A stretch of DNA of 64,000 bases, taken from contig RHPI01001132.1 of NCBI GenBank assembly GCA_009103225.1, positions 424,002-488,001 on the forward strand. Direction: 5' to 3'. Position 1 is the stretch's first letter; each line of letters begins with the position of its first letter. Below the pieces are notes generated by a model. It did not search any database. It saw only the letters and a list, made by a program, of their open reading frames with translations, and was not told where the DNA came from. Origin of the DNA: Chlorokybus atmophyticus (Eukaryota; Plantae; Mesostigma and Chlorokybus algae). Below are positions 24,829 through 35,400 of this stretch, piece by piece. The position numbers and the translations under genes are program-made.

Positions 24829-24867
24829 GCATGACTTCATGAAAGCCCTGGAGAAATCTTTACTTGT

Positions 24868-24929
24868 GCTTTGCTGTCTTCATGTCATATAGCTGCTGCT
24901 GCAGCTATATGACATGAAGACAGCAAAGC
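24868..24929. repeat. Perfect 29-bp inverted repeat with 4-nt loop
   Basis: gctttgctgtcttcatgtcatatagctgc-tgct-gcagctatatgacatgaagacagcaaagc. Confidence 0.95.
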
Positions 24930-26206
24930 TCCTCGACACAATGTCACCCTCGACCCCAATTTACCGCAAAGGCATTGCTTCAAAAAACGAAGCGCGCGTT
25001 TCAATCCGAGATATTGTGTCACAATGAGCCCTTTTACATAATACTCGAAACAGAGATTAACCTTTTGATGTGAGACTGCAGTAACACCACCATAAATCGC
25101 GGTTCTACGGCATAAGAAGAAACATCACTTCTCACTCTTTCTTGTACAAGCGAAGGAACAATGTAGAAATAACGTGGTGCCTTGATGACATGTGCTGGAG
25201 GGGATATCTATAACAGGGGGGAGCTGAGGACACGACATGGTAATTACGTATACATATACATATGCTATTAGTAACTTATAAACCACTTAAGCAGTTGTAA
25301 GCAAGAAAGGGTAATAAGCGTCATTCTTACATCAATTCCACTTGCATGAATCAATACTACATGCTAGTGTCAATGCACGCACATGGCCTTTGTCTTTATC
25401 AGCACATGCAGAACATCTTGTACGATGGAGGTGACGTGCTCATCCACCCGTCTTTCGCAATGCCATCACTAAAACAGATGCACGCCAGCGGGATGCAGTA
25501 CGAGCTCCATCTCCTCCCCTCATCTCGCTTCCCTTCTCTACCCCCCGCTTACTTGGAGGAGCTGCAGCGTCCGCTTCCTATCTTCCTCCCATCAATTCTT
25601 CTCCTCCTTTTCATGCTTTGCGCTTTGCTCCCTCCTCGCTTGTCGACACTCTCCTCTACCTCTGGCACCTCTATTTTCGCTTTCCGTCCCTTCTACACTT
25701 CCTACTAATCCCTCCCTCTTCATACTCGTACACCTTCGGGTCTTATTTTAGCATCTTTCAACCCTCCTCTCACCCGTGATGTGTTCACATCACATGTTCT
25801 TTCAAAGTTGCTGCTGCATTGAGTGAATTCTTGTAGCATCAATATACACTATTGTCTTATAATAAACTTATGCATTTGCGCTGTGCAATTTCGCTTTGCG
25901 GCTGTAGCTGCTTCGTGCTTCATTTACCCGTAACTTGTACTTGAACTCTCAGTTGTTGTATGTATCAGTGTTTAAGGCAAGTCCATACCATGAAGTACAC
26001 TGGACATTTGCTGGAGGCATTCTCAGTGGAATCCGGCAGCTGAAGTCGTCTGCACCGCGTCTCCGCTTTGCACCCACCTGTAGTACGCACCAATATCTCA
26101 TGAGGATTAAGCAATATGCTTCCTCGTGTGTGTGTGTGTGTGTTTGCGCGTATGTGTGCGCATGCATTATGCTGATTGTGCGGGTGTTTAAAGTGTTTTA
26201 TTAGCA

Positions 26207-28650
26207 CTCACTATTGTGTCCATTGTGCTTCAGTCATGCACAAAGCGAGTTTGGGCGTAATGTTGCATGCTTCAAACAAAGGTGTACGCGCCATGGACAG
26301 CTATCACAGTAGTGCCCAGCCCTACAAATGCAGGGGTGAGGGCCTTGCGGAGGGCAACTGCAACATTGTCGTTTGTGATAACCTGCTGCCGCTGAGGTGA
26401 GGGAAGTTTGCATTCCTTGAATGAACTCTGCTGAGAGCATGAGCAGAAGGAGAATGGAACTAAGGGAGGCAGGAAGAACAGCCATCCGATATAGAGAAGA
26501 AGAGTACAATTTTACACCCATGCCATCGTCTGCATGTTGCAGAGCTTGTTGGAGGCAAAGAGCCGGCACGCACGGGACATAAGCGTGAAGATGAATGCGA
26601 GTCCAAGAGACAACAAAACTTGCCGCTCCGTTCCAAACTGGCTTACAAAGACGAGCACGAAAATTAAGGCGAGCTTCGGCAAGCAAACAATGCACTCCCA
26701 GTAAAAGAATTTACGCTTGTACCCTGCGTAGAGAAACCCGTAGTACTCAGCTGTTGCTGCCGTGTGCAAGGAGTCCCGCTTTATGTACATTATGATGAAG
26801 GTGACGAGGGGGGTTTGCACACAAGAGATAATGATGCCGGGGATGCCAATCGTTGCCACCATCACCATGTGCGTGCCCCTGTAACAGCGCTGCTTCATGG
26901 CAAGCTCCCAGAAGCTGCCGACAGCTGAGGGTGGCACATTGGGGCCGTCACTGTTGACAGTTATGCATGAGAAGAGTGCCAAGATCACGTCATGACCGCC
27001 GGCCACAGGAAGAACTCCGCAACAATGACGCTCAACGCGTATCGCGGCTTCAAATAGTCTGCAAATGACGTCTCCTCCATCTGCTTGGGTCTTAGTGTCA
27101 ACTTGTGCAGCAGGAAACGGTGTTAAAGTCTCACAAGGTGCAACACAAAACAATGGCAGTCGTGACGCTACGTATATACCCATGTGGCGTGGAGGCAGTG
27201 CCATCGTAGAGACTGGAAAACGGCAGGGAGGGCTACAGCAACGAAGGGGAGGGCAGCGAAGGCAAGGAGGACCTGGAAGGTCTTGTCCAGGTGCAAGCCG
27301 TTGTCAAGGAGGCAGTTCGAAGAGAGGAGAGGTATGCCAATCGTGCAGGCGCTCGAGATGACCCCCAATGCACGTGACACAAATGCAGGTCAGCGCAGCT
27401 GTACAGCGAAGGTGATGGAGGTCACCTTAAGGTACGACATAAGCAACTTCGCCATTGCAGGAATTGCTACTCCCCGCGTCACTCCCATATGCTCGTCAAC
27501 CGCATCGAGTGGCAGATCTGATGCTGAACGGATGTTCAACACAACCGCCAGTACGGAAACAAGCGCAACCCCGTTCATAGCAAAGGCCGTAAGAAACTTT
27601 CTCCCACAGCGCTTGCATTTAAAGCTGCCGACCTATTGGTGACAAGCAAGCTGTCACCAAACTGTCAAGTGTTGCCACAGTGCAGCGAACAAAGGTAGAT
27701 AAAGAACAACAATTCTCTGCGAAGTTGCCTGGCCAGATAGGCCGTATCCTTCCTAGCAGACATTGCACATGTTGCCTTTCTACCCCGTTGCACACTGAGC
27801 ATCTTCCGTCCAGGTCCCGTTTTCAATCATGTCCTTCAGCAACTATAGAGGACAGCTCAGACACCTTGGAGTAAACTGTACGCAAATGACTGCAATTTAA
27901 ACACACAGCATTACATGTTAACTTACGCTGTCGCGGCCTATGAATGAACATGCTCTCCCAATTCGGCATTGCACAACTTGATTAACCAACAAGGCAGACT
28001 GCTTGTAGCCAACCTGCGCCACAACCTAGAGGCAAGCACCCTGCCAGTCAGCAAGAAACGTCCCAAAAGTGTTCATGCAGTCGCTACATGATTGACCCAA
28101 TACTGTTACTCACTTGTGCACCACCGTAGCAGGTTGCAAACTCTAGGCATTGCAAGCAAATCAGGTTGTTTGGATCAAAGCTGATAGACAGAATACCATT
28201 GGTTGGTGAGTTTGCACCTTCATGCCTTTGCTCACAGAAACCACCGTAATGGCACTGCCTTGCATACACAGACATGTTCTTCCTCAAGTACAGTATATAA
28301 ACACCTGTACATTGGCTGCTGGCAGGGAACGCACAAATCGCCTTGATCATTGGTGTGCTCACCCTGGATTGGTGATGTAAAGAGTATGGCAACACCATTA
28401 CGTAAGAGAGAGATGTGTATCACAGGTGTCAGTGTTGTGCATACCAGCACGCAGGCTTAGACTCCAACATGGATGCGTGCTTCCAATTCAAGGACGGTAA
28501 TATTAATTGTACTCACGTCAGGACTGGAGCGCACAGCAATTGCATTGTACTGTGCAACACCACCTGCTATGGCCTTTTAGCAGCCAGCAAGGCCACGAGG
28601 GGCAAGCAGACCTTCTTGTCTTTACTTGCTCGGTTGTGCATACGAGTGCG
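26207..28650 (-). pseudogene. Degraded 3' half of Pmp-like multi-TM gene B (paralog of 49658-52138)
   Basis: NSDGPNVPPSAVGSFWELAM..YGFLYAGYKRKFFYWECIV, AMAKLLMSYLKVTSITFAVQL and GILSISFDPN..CLQC..ATCYGGAQ. Frameshifts relative to the intact copy; 5' end replaced by a chromovirus fragment. Confidence 0.88.
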
Positions 28651-29050
28651 CAGCAGTGGTGAGCATTGGGCAACACGTGTTGCCCAGCACGAAAAACATA
28701 CGGATCAAGAGGCGGGGAAGCTTCTACCCTAGTGGATTGGCCCTTTTGAAGTGCTTGGTCCCATTGGCGTCGTGGCGTATAAGCTTCGCCTCCCGGAGCA
28801 CTTTAAGATATATGGCGTGTTCCATGTGTCGTTGCTAAGGTAGTACAAGAGTAATGGAAGCGTCAAACCCCCACCTCTACCCGAGTTGGTGGATGGTGAG
28901 TGGGAATATCAGTAGAGGCAATCATTAACACGCCGTCCTCATGGTAGAAACCATTCTCCCGAGTACTTCGTACAATGAAAGGGCTACGGTGTAAAACACA
29001 ACCCAGGGTCTTAACACTATGCATGTAACTGTACATTAAAATTGGAACTT
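28650..29050 (+). mobile_element. Chromovirus-type Ty3/Gypsy fragment (integrase C-terminal GPY/F region + start of chromodomain)
   Basis: VL.STKN, KLLP*WIGPFEVLGPIGVVAYKLRLPEHFKIYGVFHVSLL and PPPLPELVDGEWEY..EAI. Confidence 0.8.
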
Positions 29051-30772
29051 GGCAAATTGCCAAGATTTAATGCAAGAGTTCTCCTTGCAACTCACGGAGA
29101 CTTAACCCAAGCATAGCTAGCCCGTGATGTAGCTAACATGCCCTTCCATACATGTGCACAAAGCCTGCACAATTCCAAGCCAAGTCTACCAAGTAAGGGT
29201 GCACCCACGAGAGAGCAATCATGAAGGTTGGCCACCTTCATGTACTGTTGCTTCTCAACCAGATTGTATGTGACGAAGGCCGTCACAAAGTAGGTGGGGA
29301 GGAGTGCAACGCGGCTAATAATTACGCTTTAAGTGCTTAGAAATACGTGAGATAGACAATTAACCAGCATGTATGCTTGCTGCTACACGACAGACATTGG
29401 TGTGGAACCATTAGCCACGAATGTCTACATCATAGATGTTAACATCTTATATGTAGATGTCTATAAGATGGACATTGATGTGGGCTAGCCAGCCATAAAT
29501 GTCTATGTTATATATGCTTTTATTATGTGCAAACATTTAAAACGTCGAATATCTTGCACATGAATGCGAATATGCTACATACAAACGTTGAAATCACAGC
29601 TTGGATCTTGATATTAAAGAGACTCGTGTTCGAGAATATGAGAAGAGTCAAGCAATTATATTGCACACAAGGGTGTTGATTTTACTAGCAACGAATGTTC
29701 ACATTGTAGAAGACATTGTGGATATTATGCATGCACTTATGAAAAGTGTCAAAAGATGCATATGTTGATATCGCACGAGTAGATGTAAACATCGAATGGA
29801 GGTATGTTTGTATTGCAGACTACAATACTGATATCACAGAGATTGGTATCCACAACCGGTGGCCTCGAGACCGTGTGGCCAATACCATGAGATTATAGTA
29901 AAAGCTCATGGTTGCTCATACTTACACAAGATGGTTGGCCGCCTCAGATTACACTAGGGTCCAAACAAGGCACCATTGGTGGAGACACCCACTATCCTTA
30001 AGTGATCACATAAGGCACTTGGGGTATATAAGTAAGCATGCTCAGTAGGCAAGGATGCGGGACTTGGGTCTACCTTGCCTTGGCGTGCTCGCTTTGTGGG
30101 ACTTCATGTGGGGTGTTCAGGTGAGAGGCCGTTGAAGGGGTGCCAAAGCTCTTCAACCTCAAGGAGTGAAGCTTGTCCTTGTGTAGCACTTGTGTGTGAG
30201 TGTGTACACTTGGAAAGCGTGCTTACACTTGCATGTGTAAGTGTATGCACGGTGAGATAGCATTTGCACTTGTGCATGAGTACTAATACTTGTGTGTGAG
30301 TGTGTGTACGTTGCCAACACTTGAAGGTGAATGTTTTCCACATTAAGAGAGAGTGCTTGCACTTGTGTGTGCGCACGACTCGTGCTTGCACTCTATTTTG
30401 GAAGTAAAGTGCAAGACCCTTTTTGGCAAGAACTCAGTATTCCAGCCTAAGGTGGCGTTACTTGTATCTTTAAGTTAAGAGGGCTCCAAAGTGGCATAGC
30501 CTAGCACAAGTTGAGAGTGACTTATCGTTAGCTGGTGAGTGTTATGAGAAGACTACACATGAGTAGCCTCGTGCACAAGTGTGAGGGCGCTGTTAATCGG
30601 ATAGCACGCAACGACGGTCGACCGTCTCTCAAGTGTGGTACAAGTGTGTCAAGCTTGGGCCGGCGGTACAATTTGCTTCGAGCCCGCAAATGCAGGTGTG
30701 ACCTTGTGAAGCTTGGCAGCCGATGGGTCGTCTTCATGTCAATGAGATGAAAATATTCAAAATAGTGATAAC

Positions 30773-31302
30773 TGTAACGGGAAGGTACATTACATTACCA
30801 CAAATCGACCATAAAAAGCACCAAGTCTTTTGTGGTTGAGTGGGCTGTGAAATTGGTATTGGATCTTGAGACCCGGGTTCGATTCCTGCCTTGCACACGA
30901 ATTCCGCGGTCGTTGTTTCCCGATCTAATAATATCGTACATGGTCACTTCATAAGTGCCATCATCGATAGGTCGCGACTTGCCCAATAGCAGTCGCGTCG
31001 GACTGACCAGTTCAGTCGGCGCGGCAGGACGCGACCTGCCTGTCGCGATGCGACCTGTGGGGCCGGCAGCGGTGCACTATGTGCGTTGACCGGTATGGGC
31101 CTAAATTGGCCGGTTCTTGGGTGGTGGGGCTGGTGACCGACCCTAAATCAGCCCCCTGGGAAGATTCCCCAGCTGATGGGCGCCAGCTGCCGAGGACGTC
31201 AGCGTTCTTAAGTGGGGGGGAATGTAACGGGAAGGTACATTAGTTTACCACAAATCGACCATAAAAAGCACCAAGTCTTTTGTGGTCGAGTGGGCTGTGA
31301 CA
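30773..31302 (+). mobile_element. Second copy of the same TRIM family, 530 bp
   Basis: LTRs 30773-30852 and 31223-31302, PBS-like TGGTATTGGATC, PPT AAGTGGGGGGGAA, TSD ATAAC/ATATC (1 mismatch). The internal region matches 24382-24749 in reverse complement. Confidence 0.93.
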
Positions 31303-32479
31303 ATATCAGTCACTAATAGTCACGCACACAGATAAAAAGACTTGCTTTAAACATATTAACGACAAACACATGGCACACTGTGTTGCATGCAATGCATGAA
31401 GCTTGATATTGTGCGCATTTGTGATAAACTGTCATGTGTGTAACATGCAAATGGCGATAAAGATACCGATTGCGACTATGTCGCTGAATGTCATGCAAGG
31501 AACATAGTACACATACACCACCATGTGCTGAGTTAACAGCGTAACTTAACAGCAGTAACAATGACAACAGTGTAAATCCACAAGTGCGGTGCAAAGAGTA
31601 ATAGCATGCATGCATGGAGCTGAATGGCGCCAGCACTCACCTTTCTGAAGCGGTCGAAGCAGCGACATGTGCTTGATCAGAACGTAAATATGAAGGCAAG
31701 TGTTTGGAGTGAGACGGCGGTAATGGCGACAGTAAGGGCGTCGGCAACAAGGAAGCTCTCAGCCAACCACGGGAACGCTAGCGTGCAGCAGGTAGGGCCA
31801 CAAGTCCAGCACGCCTCCACAAAAGCAGCAGCCGGTACAGCTCCACCCGCCGCAAACCCATTGGCGGCAACCTCCACCACCATGTGGACAACGACAACAG
31901 CTAGGTGATGAATGTTCATACCTTACGAAGTGCCTTATCAAGTGCAGAAACAGGGTCATGAGAATGTACTACTATACCTTGAGTGTAAACTCGGCTTTCT
32001 CGCTATCTGCAATAAGCATAAATAGCCTAGAGTCGGTTACCGACATTGTCCGACTCCCCGTTTCATCAATGTCGCGCAAAAGTCGTATTATTATATTGCA
32101 CATCAAATCCTAGCGAACTCCCGTAGGGTAATGTGCCCAAACTTTGGACACCATATACCAATAAAAACACCCATCATGCAATTGGTGTCTGATTGAGGTG
32201 TTTGATGGGGCAGCTGGTAGCTCAGCTGGCTGGCTGTCAGCTACGCGTGTCAGCTCATTTTTAGTCAATCAGAGCAGTTCACACCGATTGGTCCAAGACC
32301 AATTGCTAAGGCAGCCATTTGCAAGCAGGCTGTGCCCAACTTTGGACGGTTGGGGAATAGCCTGCGTGATGTAAAGCCCTCGAGGTTGTGGCGGTGCTGT
32401 GGCGGACAATCTTGGCACACTTGTCGTTTGGTGACTCAGTGTAGATGGTGGCGGCGGTGGCGCAAAGGTGGCGCTGCCT

Positions 32480-35400
32480 GGACCTGGCGGAGGTTATCGT
32501 CGAGCTGGGCCAAGACAGCACCCATGCCGAGTTTGCTCCAGTCGGTGTGGAGAACAAAGGGCTTGGTGTAGTCTGGTCGCTGCAGAATGGGGGCTGATGT
32601 GAGCCTGTGCTTCAGCTCCTCGACAGCCTGTTGCTGGGCCTCCTTGCAGCTCCACTCTGTCTCTTTCTTGAGGAGTTTGTTGAGGGGGCGCGCCACCTTA
32701 GTGAAGTCTTTGACGAACCTCCTGTAGTAGTTGGCGAGGCCAAGGAAGGCACGCAGTCGAGTCAAATCTGTCGGGCTGGAAATAGATGCCAGACCCTCCA
32801 CCTTGGCCTGCTGAAGGTATACGCCGTTGGGCACGATCATGTGGCCGAGGTAGGGGACCTTGTGGGTGAAGAAAGTGCACTTGTTGGGGTGCACAGTCAT
32901 CCCTACTGAACTCTCCTTAGTACCTCCTCGATGTGGAGGAGATGCTCTTCTGCGGTGTGGCTGAAGACCAGGTTGTCGTCGATGTAGCACCGTGCGAAGG
33001 AGCATACCTCAACGCCTTTTCCATCACGCGCTGGAACTTTGCTGGCGCGTTTTTCAGCCCGAAAGGCATGACCTTCCAGTGATACAGCTGCCGGTTGCCC
33101 CAAAATGCCGTTTTGTGCTTGTCTTCGGGCTTGATCTCGATCTGGTTGTACCCCTGCCGCATGTCCAGAATGCTGAACACGATACGTGAGCCGACGTCGT
33201 CGAAGATGCCCTCTGCGGTTGGCATTGGGTACCGACCCTGCTTGGTTTTGTTGTTGAGTGGGCGATAATCCCCACACATCCGCCATTCTGTCCAAGTGCC
33301 CTCTGAGTCCTTTTCGAGGGGCATGACTGTGGCGGCAGCGAAGTTGGACGTGGATTCCTCGATGAGTCCCGCCTCCAGCAATGCTTTGCGTCGCTGTCCA
33401 CCAAGTCTTTCTCCAACTTGCACAGCTTGTACTGTCTTCTGAGCACCGGTTCTTCGTCGACGAGGTCGATGTCCATCTGGTACACTGAACACTTGCCCAG
33501 CTCCTCGACATTGAATTTGAATTGAGCTCTCCATTTGTTGAGGAGCGCCTCCAACTGCTCCTTTACAGATGCTGTAGCCAAGGGTCCCATGACGTCATCC
33601 CATGACGTGGCGGTTGCCTTCACAGGGATGTCCTCCACTGTGATTGCTGCCTGCTCCTCCATGTGAGCGATCTCCAGGGCGGTGTGGGTCACGACAGCGT
33701 CGGAGCGATTGACCCACCCCCCAGACAGGTTCCGAGATCCTTGAGAGACACCTGTCGGTCTTGAATGGCGAAGCAGATTTTCAGTAGCCAAACCATACTG
33801 TTTTGGTCCATGGCGCAACCTAGGAGTTGCCTCTGTTGACTGTCGGTTAGCGCGCAGCTTGTGATGCTGCCCGAAAAGAAACCCATGGCGCGTTCGCGCT
33901 CACGTGCGTTGGGCTCTTCCAGTTGGTTCGTTGTGCGGTCAAAGACCATGCCGTCCCCGCCATTTTAGAAAGCATAAGAGCCTGGATATGAGACCAGCAT
34001 GGGGAGTGCTCTGCGTGGTTCGCCCGGTTGGTTGCACTAATGGAAGTGGGCGTGGTCGTGGCGAGAGACTGGTTGCGATGTTCTGCCATTCTCGAGGATG
34101 TCATCCACGAACAAGTTGCTGGAACGTGAACTGAGTAGATGCTCCGCGGCCGTCAGCTATTCCACGGCGGCAAGGTTGGTCCACTTGGCACGGACACGAT
34201 GTGCACGTGACCGATGCCGATCAGCATTCATCTTGGTTGGATGTCTAGGATGGAACATACCACACGATAGCTGTGCACGTGGTAATGGCGATCATCCTCA
34301 GAGTGGACGTTCTCGGTGATGTACGCTAGGGGACGTTGAATTTGGTGGTGTCGCAGCAGGTGAATGACTCGCAGCAGCTCCCAGAAAAGAGTGGAGCGTG
34401 GGTCGTCCAACCCCTGTCCTGTGCCGGCCCTGGAGTGCCCTTGGCACTCCCATCTAGCAATCAACACATTCACATTGCTCAAGGCAATGAGATGATGGAG
34501 CTGAGATGAGGCGGATGTCTTGAGGCAGTGCCTTAAGACTTCCATGCATGGCAGACAACGGTAGGAGGTGTGGATAACGCAAGTGCTGACGCAAATGATG
34601 GCGGACAGCAGTCTGAGCATGCGGATCAAGGTCACAGTAGTAATACTGTGACCTTGATTACTGTGTTACCTTGATACCGGTGTTGAGGAGTGCCGCCAAG
34701 CCGCTGCCAATCCCGTCGAACAGTTTCAGCGATGTGAACCCTTGTTGGCGTCATGCCGCACTGAAGTCCACAACTCTGGTGGCCACGGTGAATTGCTCCG
34801 CAAGTTGGACGTCCTCGTGGTAATCCGGGACGCGTATGGGAAAGGGCGTCTTGTCCAGCAACACGCGCGCATCCACCTCTACTCTCCAGCGCCGTTCTGT
34901 TGGGTCTTGCAAGGCTACCTCCTGGGTTGCTGTCACCTGCGTGTCGGAGTAGGGCATGAGGGATGTGGCGACAACAGTAGCGGTGGCTCCCATGAGCCGG
35001 CGTGCACGTGTGGGCAACACCAGGTCGAAGGGGATGAAGCCAATAACAGAACCATCTCCGCTGCGCCAGCCGGGCCTGAACCATGCTTGCTCGGTCCAGT
35101 TGTCCATGCCAATGGCTACGAGGTAACTGAAGTCCTGCCCGATCAACAAATCATAGCTGGTGGCGTTGGTAACCACACATTGCTGGGCCAGCTGAGTGGT
35201 GTGCGTGGGGTCCAGCCCAGTCAGGGTGATGGTGAGGACTTCCTTGGTGATGCCAACAGGGCTTTCGCGTCCTCCCGTGGCGGTGTTAATCTCAAAAGGG
35301 CAGCTGTCCAGTGACGCTGCCGTGAGCCCCAAGGCTTTGGCCAAGTGTCTGCCAATGATACATGGTTGTGCCCCTCCGTCCAACATGACGCGTTTGGGTG

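Larger units (their letters stand above)
18498..28650. repeat. Left arm of a large inverted segmental duplication (right arm about 49658-63918)
   Basis: Co-linear inverted matches: 18498-63918, 19831-59168, 20829-58450, about 23150-55520, about 25870-52500 and about 28650-49658. Both exons and introns match. Confidence 0.9.

Noticed and set aside
29060-30770. Possible LTR or further retroelement sequence with recurring CACTTG motifs
   Set aside because: No paired termini, PBS/PPT or coding motif could be established by eye.
24303-31302. CRISPR-like direct repeats
   Set aside because: The 79-bp repeats occur as pairs with PBS, PPT and TSD, which makes them LTRs. There is no spacer array.
31640-31905. 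Cys/Gly-rich exon-like segment on the minus strand
   Set aside because: It has an internal stop in the Cys-rich frame and no identifiable family, so a gene call is unsupported.
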